A stretch of 64,000 nt of DNA from an uncultured Candidatus Saccharibacteria bacterium (GTDB lineage Bacteria; Patescibacteriota; Minisyncoccia; Phycocordibacterales; DATDWN01), in the NCBI GenBank assembly GCA_964551495.1, contig CAZKCA010000001.1, positions 34,384 through 98,383 of the forward strand, given 5' to 3'. Of the stretch, positions 20,701-30,260 are shown piece by piece. The number at the start of each line of letters is the position of its first letter. The stretch's first letter is position 1. The notes beneath the pieces were generated by a model. That model was given only the letters and a program-made list of their open reading frames with translations. It was not told where the DNA came from and did no database searches. A program made the translations under genes and the position numbers.

Positions 20701-21472
20701 CGGACTTCCTAGGGTTGAAGAATTATTTGAAAAAAGAAAACCCAAAAATCCAGCTGTTGTTTCTTCTGTTTCTGGTGTTATTACAGATATAAAAATCACA
20801 CCAAAAGAAAAACTAATAACAATTACTCCAAACATAGAAGATAGAGCAAAAAATAAACAAACTATTGAATACAACGTTCCTATAAACAGAATGATTTTAG
20901 TTAAGATAGGAGACGAAGTTTCAAAAGGTGAGATTATAACAGACGGTTCTGCTGATATAGATGAATTGTTTAAATATGCCGGGAAAGAAAGAACTATAGA
21001 CTATGTTATCAAGGAAATAAACAAACCTTATGAACTACAAGGAGAAACAGTTTCTAGAAAACATATTGAGACAATAGTTAGACAAATGTTCTCAAGAAGA
21101 AGAGTTAAAGAAGCAGGAGATACCATCTTCTCACCAGGGGATATTGTAGAAACAGCATTCTTGGCAGAAGAAAATGCAAGAGTGAAAGCTAATGGAGGAA
21201 TGGAAGCTAAATCAGAAGGTGTGGTTATGGGTATAACAGATGTTTCTCTTTCAAGAAAAAGTTTCTTGGCTTCAGCATCATTCCAACACACAACCAGAAT
21301 GCTTATTGGAAGCGCTATAAGAGCAAATGAAGATGAACTTACTGGTCTTATGGAAAATGTTATTTTGGGAAGACTTATTCCTGCTGGAACAGGATTTAAA
21401 GGAAGTCCAAAATCTAAAATGATAGAAGAGGTAAAACAGAAATCTTCACAAAAGCTAGAAACTCTAGAATAA
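17783..21472 (+). CDS. rpoC: RNA polymerase beta' subunit
   Basis: Zn finger, GKRVDYSGRSV, NADFDGD, GEPGTQLTMRTFH. Confidence 0.99.
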   Translation: MNKLKDMRTKTNKEKLNDFETITLRLASPERIKEWSFGEVTKPETINYRTQRSERNGLFDEKIFGPDKDYECYCGKYRGIRYKGVICEKCGVEITRSIVRRERMGHIELASPVSHIWFLKSMPSRISLVLGIPTGDIEKVIYFAGYIITKVDDAERVRYLKDLDSEYKAKVKSVQDEKTKDAVKEMLLSAKRDIESIVPGKVLDEVEYHNFGMKYGTMFEAGIGAEAIYSIFKKVDLEALLKSLEEELAKASSIDAVKINKRIATIQAMIHSKIRPEWMFLTHIPVIPPALRPMVPLDGGRYATSDVNDLYRRVINRNNRLKKLKEINAPDVILRNEKRILQEAVDALIDNSIRHGNSGSAVNQSQRRPLKSLADNLKGKRGIFRQNLLGKRVDYSGRSVIVVGPELALNQCGLPKHMALELFKPFVISQILKKELAYNIRGASKLIEDGVPEVWAILEDVITDKYVLLNRAPTLHRLGIQAFKPVLIEGNAIQIHPLVCSAFNADFDGDMMAVHVPLSEEAQAEAREVMAADKNILKPGSGDPTVSAKMLDIVLGCFWMTKEKSGEKGEGKIFSSPNSAITAYDFGEISFRSKIKVLPTDSPKYEKFEGKLFDTTVGRLLFNSVLPKDYPFINSTIDRKRITSLVDDLIEKYGIEKVPAIIDKIKAFGFKYATHSGVTWGLDDINIPEGKESIVIEAKKKVESIMDHFNSGLISKDERLRQTTEIWHKAKAEVEKLMPETLPKDGSVADMVLSGARGSMGNITAMGGMKGLITNTAGETIEFPIISSSKEGLTPLEYFITTHGSRKGLTDTALNTAKAGYLTRKLFVVAQDTIITEEDCGTKEGIVINKKEKGGMEISLAKHVKGRFLAGDVVSPKGEVLFKKDHFVTKRDAQKIEEEGVESVTVRSPLSCKTANGICVKCYGADLGNNKVVEIGEAVGTVAGQAIGEPGTQLTMRTFHQGGAATIGGDITAGLPRVEELFEKRKPKNPAVVSSVSGVITDIKITPKEKLITITPNIEDRAKNKQTIEYNVPINRMILVKIGDEVSKGEIITDGSADIDELFKYAGKERTIDYVIKEINKPYELQGETVSRKHIETIVRQMFSRRRVKEAGDTIFSPGDIVETAFLAEENARVKANGGMEAKSEGVVMGITDVSLSRKSFLASASFQHTTRMLIGSAIRANEDELTGLMENVILGRLIPAGTGFKGSPKSKMIEEVKQKSSQKLETLE

Positions 21473-21514
21473 TCTGAAATCTTGGTGGAGACTTTATCGG
21501 TGAAAACACTGCAT

Positions 21515-23230
21515 ATGTCATCACAAGTAGAACAAATAAAATCAAAAATAGATATAGTTTCTCTAATTAGTTCATATATAAAATTAGAGAAATCAGGATC
21601 TAACTTTAAAGGCAGGTGTCCTTTTCATAATGAGAAGACCCCTTCCTTTTTTGTGTCTCCAGAAAGAGGAAACTATTATTGTTTTGGCTGTCATGCTAAA
21701 GGAGATATATTTACGTTTGTACAAGAGTTTGAAGGTCTTGATTTTATAGGATCACTAAAACTTTTAGCAGACAGAGCAGGAATAAAAATAGAAAAATTTG
21801 AATCTGGACAGAAAGGAGAAAAAGAAAAAATATCTTCTATTATGGAACAAGCAGTGATGTTTTATCAAAGACAATTTGATAATTATGATCCGGCTAAAAA
21901 ATACATGAAAGATAGGGGAGTAAAAGAAGATACAATATCATCTTTTAGGATTGGCTATGCTCCAATAGGATGGAGAAATTTATTTGATCATCTTGTTTCT
22001 AAAAATATCCATCCAGAAGATATGCTTAAGGCTGGTCTTATAAAAAAGAAAGAGGATTCTCCAAATTCTTATTATGATGTTTTTAGGGGTAGAATAATGT
22101 TTCCTATCTCCGATCCATCTGGTAAGGTAGTTGCTTTTTCTGGAAGAATTCTTGTTCCTGATCCAAAATCTCCAAAATACTTAAATAGCCCGGATACTAT
22201 ATTGTTTAACAAATCTGAGATTTTGTTTGGTCTAGATAAAGCTAAAAATGACATCAAACTGAAAGACTATTCTATTTTAGTAGAAGGTCAAATGGATTTA
22301 GTGATGCTTCATCAGGTAGGTATAAAAAATGCAGTGGCTTCTTCTGGAACGGCCATAACAGAATCACACATAAGAAATTTACAACGAAGATCTAATAGAA
22401 TTATAATGTTTTTTGATGCAGATAATGCTGGTTTTTCTGCTTCCAATAAAACCACACAAATAGCCTTCATTTCTTTTGGTATGGAGGTTAAATTAGCTCA
22501 ACTTCCAAAAGGTAAAGATCCTGCCGACATAATAAAAGAAAATCCTGACAAAATAAAAGATATTTTGAAAAATTCAAAAAATATAGTTGATTTTTATGTC
22601 GATACTCTTCTTTCTGAAAAGATTAAACAAGAAGATTTAGGAAGAGAAATACAAAAAAATATATTTCCTTATATAGCTGCCTTTTCAGGTGATATTGAAA
22701 AGGCCAATTTTATAAAAAATATATCTTTTAAAACATCAATAAAAGAGGAGGCTTTGTGGAATGATTTTAAGAGGTTTATTCAAAATAAATCTTTTCTTCC
22801 AAAACCAGAGACCTACAATAGAAATAGATCTGATTCTATCGAGAAAAGAATATTTGGTATTATTTTATGGAAAAAAAATAACCAAAATATTAATATTGAT
22901 ATAGATAAATATCTCCCAAAAATATATGATATTTTGGGTAAAGATAAAACAGAAGCACTATTAAAAAATTTTGAAAAAGACAAAGATTCTATAATATTTG
23001 AAACAGAGTTAATTTATGAAGATTCTCCAAACCTAGAAAATAATTTAGATGAGCTAATAATTAATTTAGAGGAGGAGTTTTTAAAAAATAAGTTTACCGA
23101 AGCGATGAGTTTATTACAAAAAGCCGAAAGAGATAAAAATAAAGAGGATATCAATAAATATTTAGAAGAATGCAGAAACCTTTCGCAAAAAATTAATACT
23201 TTAAAATACAAATATGAAAAAAAACAATAA
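21515..23230 (+). CDS. dnaG: DNA primase
   Basis: [11 protein letters not shown] Zn ribbon, KYLNSP, VEGQMD, FDADNAG, GKDPAD. Confidence 0.96.
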   Translation: MSSQVEQIKSKIDIVSLISSYIKLEKSGSNFKGRCPFHNEKTPSFFVSPERGNYYCFGCHAKGDIFTFVQEFEGLDFIGSLKLLADRAGIKIEKFESGQKGEKEKISSIMEQAVMFYQRQFDNYDPAKKYMKDRGVKEDTISSFRIGYAPIGWRNLFDHLVSKNIHPEDMLKAGLIKKKEDSPNSYYDVFRGRIMFPISDPSGKVVAFSGRILVPDPKSPKYLNSPDTILFNKSEILFGLDKAKNDIKLKDYSILVEGQMDLVMLHQVGIKNAVASSGTAITESHIRNLQRRSNRIIMFFDADNAGFSASNKTTQIAFISFGMEVKLAQLPKGKDPADIIKENPDKIKDILKNSKNIVDFYVDTLLSEKIKQEDLGREIQKNIFPYIAAFSGDIEKANFIKNISFKTSIKEEALWNDFKRFIQNKSFLPKPETYNRNRSDSIEKRIFGIILWKKNNQNINIDIDKYLPKIYDILGKDKTEALLKNFEKDKDSIIFETELIYEDSPNLENNLDELIINLEEEFLKNKFTEAMSLLQKAERDKNKEDINKYLEECRNLSQKINTLKYKYEKKQ

Positions 23231-24482
23231 ACCAAAAAAAATAAAAGAAACCAAAAAAAATAAGAAGGTTTCTAAAAACAGCAAAAAAATCTTAAAAAAG
23301 AAAAGTAAAGTAACAGTACCAAAAACAAGATCTAAGAAAAAAGATAAAAAAGTTTTAGCCATTTCTTCAGTTAAGACTGGGACACCTAAACAGCTTAAAA
23401 AAGCAGAACAACATAAAGATGGTTTAGAAAAACTTGTTTCTAAAGGTAAAGAAAGAGGTTATGTAACTTATGATGAAATCTTAAAAGAATTCCCTCACAT
23501 AGAAGAAGATATAATGTTTTTAGAGGAGCTTTATGAGAAACTAAGTTCTTCTGGGGTTGATGTTTTGGAAGGTGGAGGTCTTTTAGAAGCTCCTATAGAT
23601 GATTTGTTAAATAAAAAATATTCATATGGGGCTAGAGGAGATTCTTCTTACGATTCAATCCAAATGTATCTTAAGGAAATAGGTCAGTATCCACTAATTT
23701 CTGGTGGGATGGAAAAAGATTTAGCTAAAAGAATAGAACAAGGTGATGAAGAGGCCAAATCTTTATTGGCTAGAGCAAATCTAAGGTTGGTTGTCTCTAT
23801 AGCTAAAAAATATGTCGGACGCTCAGCAGATCTTACTTTATTGGATTTAATTCAAGAGGGTAATATTGGTTTGTTTAAAGCCGTAGATAAGTTTGATTGG
23901 ACAAAGGGCTATAAGTTTTCTACATATGCAACTTGGTGGATAAGACAAGCTATTACAAGAGCTCTAGCTGACCAATCAAGGACTATTAGGGTTCCAGTGC
24001 ATATGGTTGAAACTATTGCAAAGTATAAACAAGTTGTAAGACGACTTTCTCAGGATTTGGGCAGAGACCCTTTGCCAGAGGAAATTGCAACAGAGATGAA
24101 TCTTTCAGTGGATAAGATTTATACTATAGAAAAGATAGATCAAAGTACTGTATCACTTTCTGCACCTATTGGGGAAGACGGAGAGGACAGCAAATCTACT
24201 TTGGGAGATTTTCTAGCTGATGAGAAAATACTCTCTCCAGATCAAGAGTCTGCAAGAAGAATTATTTCAGACCAAGTCAAAGAAATCCTAAATGATCTTC
24301 CTGAAAAAGAAAGAAGAATTTTGGAAATGAGGCATGGTCTTATTGATGGTGTTCAACATACTTTAGAAGAAGTAGGTAAGGAGTTTGGTGTGACAAGAGA
24401 GAGAATTCGTCAGATAGAGGCCAAAGCTCATGAAAAAATAAGACAACATGATAAAATCAACAGACTAAGGAATTATTACTAA
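23214..24482 (+). CDS. rpoD: Primary sigma factor with Lys-rich N-terminus
   Basis: [44 protein letters not shown]. Confidence 0.96.
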   Translation: MKKNNKPKKIKETKKNKKVSKNSKKILKKKSKVTVPKTRSKKKDKKVLAISSVKTGTPKQLKKAEQHKDGLEKLVSKGKERGYVTYDEILKEFPHIEEDIMFLEELYEKLSSSGVDVLEGGGLLEAPIDDLLNKKYSYGARGDSSYDSIQMYLKEIGQYPLISGGMEKDLAKRIEQGDEEAKSLLARANLRLVVSIAKKYVGRSADLTLLDLIQEGNIGLFKAVDKFDWTKGYKFSTYATWWIRQAITRALADQSRTIRVPVHMVETIAKYKQVVRRLSQDLGRDPLPEEIATEMNLSVDKIYTIEKIDQSTVSLSAPIGEDGEDSKSTLGDFLADEKILSPDQESARRIISDQVKEILNDLPEKERRILEMRHGLIDGVQHTLEEVGKEFGVTRERIRQIEAKAHEKIRQHDKINRLRNYY

Positions 24483-24483
24483 A

Positions 24484-27393
24484 ATGTCTTTTGAGGAAAA
24501 ATACAAAAAACTCAATCAGAAACAAAAAGAAGCGGTAGATAGTATAGAGGGACCGGTCATGGTTATTGCTGGTCCTGGGACAGGAAAAACAACAATCTTA
24601 ACACTTAGAATAGCTAATATTTTAAAAAAAACAGATACTCCACCATCTGGTATATTGGCTTTGACTTTTACTGATGCGGGGGTCAAGTCAATGAAAATGA
24701 AGTTAAGGGAGGTTGTTTACAATATTGCAGATGAAGTTAGGATCCACACTTTCCATTCTTTTGCCGCAAGCATAATTTCTGAATTTGCTGATCATTTCCC
24801 TCATTTATCTAAAACTACTCAAATAACAGATGTTGAAAAAGAATCTATAATAAGAAATATTTTAAAAAATAAAAAATACTCCAAGTTAAGACCATTAGGT
24901 GATACAGATTTTTATCTAAACAAGATTATAAGTTCTATTAGTCAATCCAAGAAAGAGGCATGGACCCCAGAGTTTATAGAAAGTTTTGCTAGAAGCCAAA
25001 TTGAGCAAATTAAAAATAGTGAAGAGTCTATATCAACTAGGGGTAAAAACAAAGGGGAACTTAAAGCTGATGCTTTGAAAAAAATTGAAAAATGTGAAAA
25101 AACCATCTTGTTTGCTCTTGTTTTTTCTGAATATGAATCAATCAAAAAAGATCAAAAGAAGATGGATTTTGATGATCTTCTTTTTGAACTTGTATTTACA
25201 TTAAAAAAAGATGAACTTTTACTTAGGTTACTTCAGGAAAAATTTTTATACATTTTAGTTGATGAACACCAGGATAGCAATGATTCTCAAAATTTGATTA
25301 TAGCTATGCTTGCTGATTTCTTTGATACTCCTAATATTTTTGTTGTTGGAGACGAGAAACAAGCAATTTATCGTTTTCAAGGTGCATCTGTTGAGAATTT
25401 TTTGAGATTTCAAAATACATGGAAAAAGATGAAGATAATATCTCTAGAAGATAATTATCGATCTCATCAAGGTATTTTGGATGCGGTCTATTCAATGATA
25501 GAGAAAAATTATGAAGAGGATCAGTATAAAGATTTAAGACTTCCTCTTAGAGGTAGTAAAAATAAAAAACCAATAGATTTAGTTTTTGCTCCAAATACTT
25601 TGTCTGCAGACGCCTATTTGATAGAAGAGTTAAAAAATATTACAGAAAAAGAACCAGACAAAACAGTAGCTGTTATTTTAAGATGGAATAGAGATGTAGA
25701 TCATATTCTATCAATTTGTGAAAATAGCCAACTTAGGGTTTCAGCTGAAAGAGGAGCTGACATATTTTCTCATCCTTTGGGTAATGTTTATTTTAGTATA
25801 TTGGATTACCTTTACGATCCATCTAATTTAGAAAGTTTAATTCATTCTATCTCAGCTGGGCTTTGGGGTATTGATTTTGAACAAGAGATATCTCTTATAA
25901 AAGATATTAAAAGCGGGAAATTATCTAATATTAATAAGGTCATACCACCATTACAAATATTGAAAGATCAAATAATAAATTTGGATCCATTAAACTACTT
26001 AATGCTAGTAGGCAGTATTTCAGGTTTAATTTCTACAAAAAGATTGAGTGATCCATTGTCTGTAGAAGTATGGAGGTCTATTTTGGATCTATCTAAAGAT
26101 ATTATTTCAAGTCAAAATATACAAAATCCAAGGGAACTGATTAAAACTCTTTTAGATTATAAAAAGACATCCGAAAATAAAGTTGTAAAAATAGGAGGAG
26201 GGGCTTTTGATGCCAAGATAAATATAATGACAGCCCACTCTTCTAAGGGTTTGGAATATGATTATGTTTTTGTTCCGTATGCCCTGGAAGAGTATTGGAT
26301 GAAAAGAAGAGAATCTTCATTTTTTATGCTACCAAGTGAAAAAGACGAAGGTGATGAGGTAAAAGATTCTAGAAGATTGTTTTATGTTGCTTTAACTAGG
26401 GCAAAGGAAAATGTAACCTTGATTATTCCAACATCAGATGATTTGGGAAAAGTTTTTACACCACTTAGATTTGTTGAAGAATTGGATAGTAATAATCTAA
26501 ACAAAAGAGAAATAGAAGAAAGAAAATTTTCCAATAATTTTGAAAACTTTGATTCAAATTCAAAACGTCGAGATGATATTGTAGAGTATACAAAAAAGAC
26601 CTTAATAGAAAACGGTGTATCTGTAACAGCTTTAAATCATTATTTAGAGTGTCCTAGTAAGTTTTTGTATAAGAGTATATTAAAAATTCCAGAACCACCA
26701 CATCCTTCTTCTGAAAAAGGGACAGCTATGCATAAGGCAATATCTTCAGTTTGGGTTAATAAAACAAAAGATTTGGAGTCTATAAAAAATACTCTAGAAA
26801 CTGTAGCCAAAAATTATATAGAAAATTCATTTTTATCAAAACTAGAAAAAGAAGTTGTTTTAGAAGAATTGGATAAAGACATACCAATGATAGCTAGAAG
26901 TCTATTGGATCATTTTAATCTTAAAGGTGAAGTATATACTGATAAATGGATTGAAAGATACATAGATATTGATACAGATAAAGGAAAAATCAATCTAAGA
27001 TTACACGGTCAGCTTGATTCTATGCTTATTTTTGATAACAAGATTAATGTATTTGATTATAAAACAACAAAAGCTAAATCTATAAATGCCATAAAAGGTC
27101 AAACTAAAAATGATGATGGTGGGTATTTTAGACAATTGGTTTTTTACAAGATGTTAATCGAGGGAAACTCTTTATATAAAAACAAAGATATTATACCTTC
27201 TTTGGTATTTATCAAACCAAGTGAAAACGGAGATTGTCCAATTTTGTCTTTAGAAATTTCAGATGAAGAAAAAAGAGATCTTATTAAAAATATAGAAGAT
27301 TTAATAAAAGATGTTTTTTCCAATAATTTTATATCCAAAAAATGCCAAGATCCAAAATGTCAGTTTTGTCTAGATAAAGACTATTTTTTTTAG
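24484..27393 (+). CDS. UvrD/SF1A helicase fused to a C-terminal PD-(D/E)XK nuclease
   Basis: AGPGTGKT, LVDEHQD, VGDEKQAIYRFQGA, TAHSSKGLE, YVALTRA; GQLD...DYKT and Cys cluster. Confidence 0.9.
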   Translation: MSFEEKYKKLNQKQKEAVDSIEGPVMVIAGPGTGKTTILTLRIANILKKTDTPPSGILALTFTDAGVKSMKMKLREVVYNIADEVRIHTFHSFAASIISEFADHFPHLSKTTQITDVEKESIIRNILKNKKYSKLRPLGDTDFYLNKIISSISQSKKEAWTPEFIESFARSQIEQIKNSEESISTRGKNKGELKADALKKIEKCEKTILFALVFSEYESIKKDQKKMDFDDLLFELVFTLKKDELLLRLLQEKFLYILVDEHQDSNDSQNLIIAMLADFFDTPNIFVVGDEKQAIYRFQGASVENFLRFQNTWKKMKIISLEDNYRSHQGILDAVYSMIEKNYEEDQYKDLRLPLRGSKNKKPIDLVFAPNTLSADAYLIEELKNITEKEPDKTVAVILRWNRDVDHILSICENSQLRVSAERGADIFSHPLGNVYFSILDYLYDPSNLESLIHSISAGLWGIDFEQEISLIKDIKSGKLSNINKVIPPLQILKDQIINLDPLNYLMLVGSISGLISTKRLSDPLSVEVWRSILDLSKDIISSQNIQNPRELIKTLLDYKKTSENKVVKIGGGAFDAKINIMTAHSSKGLEYDYVFVPYALEEYWMKRRESSFFMLPSEKDEGDEVKDSRRLFYVALTRAKENVTLIIPTSDDLGKVFTPLRFVEELDSNNLNKREIEERKFSNNFENFDSNSKRRDDIVEYTKKTLIENGVSVTALNHYLECPSKFLYKSILKIPEPPHPSSEKGTAMHKAISSVWVNKTKDLESIKNTLETVAKNYIENSFLSKLEKEVVLEELDKDIPMIARSLLDHFNLKGEVYTDKWIERYIDIDTDKGKINLRLHGQLDSMLIFDNKINVFDYKTTKAKSINAIKGQTKNDDGGYFRQLVFYKMLIEGNSLYKNKDIIPSLVFIKPSENGDCPILSLEISDEEKRDLIKNIEDLIKDVFSNNFISKKCQDPKCQFCLDKDYFF

Positions 27394-28116
27394 TTAGTTT
27401 GTGGAACTAAGTATTCCATCTATTGCTTGTTTTATATTTTCGTAAGGAAGAGCTCCTTGTATAGGAATCCTTTCTCCTGTAGATGTGATAACCAAAATAG
27501 AGTGAGGTGTACCTCTTCCACCAGAAGCAACTGCATTCTCATAGTCTTTTTGAACTATATCTTGATGTCTTCTGCTAACTAAACACTCATTAAACTCTTC
27601 TTTATTTAAACCAATTTCTTCTGCTATAAGAGGCAACTGTGTTAGATCAAGTCCGTCATTTGATTTTGTTCTTTCGTATAAAATATTTGTATATTCCCAA
27701 AATTTACCATTTCCACCTAGTTCTGCTGCACATTCGGTGGCCTCAGCTTCTATTCTAGCGTTTTTATGCAGTGAATCTATCGGAAAATGTCTATAGACCC
27801 AAGCCACTTTACCAGATGGTCCGTATTCAGCGATTATTCTCTGTAGAGTTGTGTGGAATTGTTTACAGAAAGGACACTCTATATCGGAGTATTCTACAAT
27901 GATTATATCTGCTGTTAGTTTTCCAAGTATATGATCAGATTCATCTACAGGTATCATGGCTTCTACTCCTTGTTGTGTAGGAGTCGGGTTGTTTACATTA
28001 GATACCGGTGATTTTTTATTGCTTGATAAATATATAGAGCCTCCTATTATAAGCCCAGCTATTATGATAGCCAAGGGTATAGCAAACTTATTTGTGCTCG
28101 AAGTGTTGTTTTCCAT
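27394..28116 (-). CDS. Membrane-anchored DsbA-family thioredoxin-fold protein
   Basis: N-terminal TM, EYSDIECPFC, YRHFP, GTP cis-Pro. Confidence 0.9.
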   Translation of the reverse strand: MENNTSSTNKFAIPLAIIIAGLIIGGSIYLSSNKKSPVSNVNNPTPTQQGVEAMIPVDESDHILGKLTADIIIVEYSDIECPFCKQFHTTLQRIIAEYGPSGKVAWVYRHFPIDSLHKNARIEAEATECAAELGGNGKFWEYTNILYERTKSNDGLDLTQLPLIAEEIGLNKEEFNECLVSRRHQDIVQKDYENAVASGGRGTPHSILVITSTGERIPIQGALPYENIKQAIDGILSSTN

Positions 28117-28172
28117 ATTTTTGAGATAAAATAACTTTTTTCTAATTTTGAAACGTGATAGAATTATATCTC

Positions 28173-28964
28173 ATGACACCATTTGAGGCAATCATACTCG
28201 GCATAGTTCAAGGAGCAACAGAATTTTTACCAGTTTCTTCTTCGGGACATCTTATAATTGCAAGATCAATACTTAACCTTCCTTTGGAGTATTCTCTTAG
28301 TTTTGATGCAATACTTCAGTTTGCTAATGTAATAGCTTTGGTAATTTATTTTTGGAAAGATATATTTAAAATTTTTGTAACAATAGTTCGTTCTGTTTTT
28401 GGTATATATGTAAATAAAGAAGATAAGATTTTGGCTTGGTCTGTAGTCTTAGGAACTATACCGGCTGTTATAATAGGACTTGTTATAGAGTCTTATATGG
28501 ACACAATTTTTAGAGATGTTTTTTTGGTGGCAGTTTCTTTAGTCATCGGCAGTTTTGTTATGTTTTTTGCACAGAAACTTGGTAAGCAAGATAAGCCTCT
28601 TTCTTTGGGTAGGGGACTTGTTATCGGACTTTTTCAAAGTCTAGCTTTAATCCCTGGTATCTCTCGTTCAGGAGCAACAATTTCAGGAGGGCTTTTGGCT
28701 GGTCTTCCTAAAAACGAAGCAGTTAGATACAGTTTTGTTTTATCAATACCAATTTTACTTGGTTCTGGGGCTAAAAAACTTTTAGAAATAGATGTTTTAA
28801 ACACTTCTTTTGGAATAGATCTTTTGATCGGTTCTCTAACTTCATTTTTTGTTGGACTTTTGGTAATTCACTACTTTATAAAGTATATGAAAAACCACAA
28901 TCTAAACATTTTCATATTTTACAGAATCGCTTTAGCAATTATCTTAATTATAGCCTTATTTTAA
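28173..28964 (+). CDS. uppP: Undecaprenyl-diphosphatase
   Basis: QGATEFLPVSSSGH, PGISRSGATI. Confidence 0.95.
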   Translation: MTPFEAIILGIVQGATEFLPVSSSGHLIIARSILNLPLEYSLSFDAILQFANVIALVIYFWKDIFKIFVTIVRSVFGIYVNKEDKILAWSVVLGTIPAVIIGLVIESYMDTIFRDVFLVAVSLVIGSFVMFFAQKLGKQDKPLSLGRGLVIGLFQSLALIPGISRSGATISGGLLAGLPKNEAVRYSFVLSIPILLGSGAKKLLEIDVLNTSFGIDLLIGSLTSFFVGLLVIHYFIKYMKNHNLNIFIFYRIALAIILIIALF

Positions 28965-29004
28965 GACATATTTTTACCATAGACAAAAATACAACAAAAT
29001 TTGC

Positions 29005-29033
29005 TTGACAAACAATTTATAGTGTGCTAAGAT
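29005..29033 (+). promoter_or_regulatory. sigma70 promoter of candidate ncRNA 1
   Basis: TTGACA-17 bp-TAAGAT with TGn extended -10. Confidence 0.75.
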
Positions 29034-29039
29034 TAATAG

Positions 29040-29412
29040 TAGATAGGGAAGTCTTGTTGGTTCTCTCCCCATCACAGAGCGCGCTCGATGTTCGAGAATC
29101 AACAGGCCCAAGGTTTCGTTTCCCGGAGACCGAAGGGTTGTTAGTTTTGACAGGGATGAGTCTGGGATAGCGGGGTACCGGCACCCAGACAAATTAACAG
29201 GCCTCCTCGACAATACCGCGACAGCGTTTTTCCGGATAAAAACCCCGGGGCGCTTGGTTTAGAGGAAGATATGATCAGTGAGTGCAATGCATGGCAGACA
29301 CTGGGAGAAGACTAGTTCGTTCGTCCCACCGTCCAGTGTGTCGCACAGCTGATCCGGCCGGTTATCCGGCCAAACACGGCAGGGCGGGTTTCCTTCGGGA
29401 TCCCGCCCTTTT
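29040..29412 (+). ncRNA. Candidate large structured ncRNA 1 (about 370 nt)
   Basis: Promoter plus GC-rich intrinsic terminator 29381-29412; strongly GC-enriched; no credible ORF; serial stems with G-U pairs. Confidence 0.7.
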
Positions 29413-29443
29413 ACTTTTAAAATAAAAAAATATAGAAAAGAAA

Positions 29444-29474
29444 TTTTGTTTTAGCTAAAAATCTGCGAATGTTT
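29444..29474. repeat. Isolated arm of a family-1 foldback element
   Basis: TTTTGTTTTAGCTAAAAATCTGCGAATGTTT is the exact reverse complement of 40758-40788. Confidence 0.8.
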
Positions 29475-29510
29475 CAAAAAGTTGTTTTTTTAAAGTATAT
29501 GAAAAATAAG

Positions 29511-29661
29511 AATCTCTGAAACAACACCTTTCTAGAGACTCCACAGCTTTTGAGCATGGTTCCGTCAAGGCGCCCCTTCTTGACTGATCAAAAGCGAGGA
29601 CTGCTGAACAAACTCGCAGGAGTTTGTGAGGGTGCTCTAGAAAGGTGTTGTAGAGGAGATT
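29511..29661. repeat. Foldback element, family 2, copy a
   Basis: 17-bp perfect stem 29521-29537/29635-29651 plus inner hairpins; homologous to 32824-32977. Confidence 0.9.
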
Positions 29662-29678
29662 TTTCCCAAACTAAACTA

Positions 29679-30260
29679 TTAAAACAAACTTTGAGTTTTT
29701 ATTTCCAGGACAGGCTCCCAGTGTTTTGTATCCAATTTTATTTCTTTGGTGAAAGGCCCTTCTTTGAAAATAAGTTTTTTATTTTTCATTGCATACTCGT
29801 AAACATCTTTTGTAATTTTTACATCATCTAGACAGTATTTTCGTATTTTATCTATTTCTCCTTGTTTCCACCATGCAACAGCTTCCAAACCATTTCCGCT
29901 TTTATGTATTCCAAAAGTCCCTTCAGCTATCTGATCTAGTTTCATCCTACGTCCGTAGGTGTTTTTTATTTCTTTCAAAATATCAAGAGACCTTATTTGA
30001 TTTAGATCTCCTAAGCCTGCTTTTTTGTAGTATTTGTTTAAAAGAGGGATATCGAAATGATCGCCATTATAGGTAATAAGCATATCTGATTTACTTATTA
30101 TTTCCCACATAGAGGGGAATTCTTCTTGGGTAAAACTTTTATAAGAATCTGATTCATAATCATAAAGTCCCACAATAGAAATATCCAAGTCAACAGGATC
30201 ATTGGACCCAACATCTTGGAATATATTTTTTGTCTCGATATCAAATACAATTTTTCGCAT
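29679..30260 (-). CDS. RNase H-like/DEDD 3'-5' exonuclease domain protein
   Basis: VFDIET, YNGDHFDIP, YCLDDV. Confidence 0.85.
   Translation of the reverse strand: MRKIVFDIETKNIFQDVGSNDPVDLDISIVGLYDYESDSYKSFTQEEFPSMWEIISKSDMLITYNGDHFDIPLLNKYYKKAGLGDLNQIRSLDILKEIKNTYGRRMKLDQIAEGTFGIHKSGNGLEAVAWWKQGEIDKIRKYCLDDVKITKDVYEYAMKNKKLIFKEGPFTKEIKLDTKHWEPVLEIKTQSLF

Noticed and set aside
29040-29412. RNase P RNA, tmRNA or SRP RNA identity (also considered for 45435-45780)
   Set aside because: No GAGGAAAGUCC/P4 signature, no tRNA-like T arm with CCA end, and no SRP domain IV motif found by eye; an Rfam scan is still needed.
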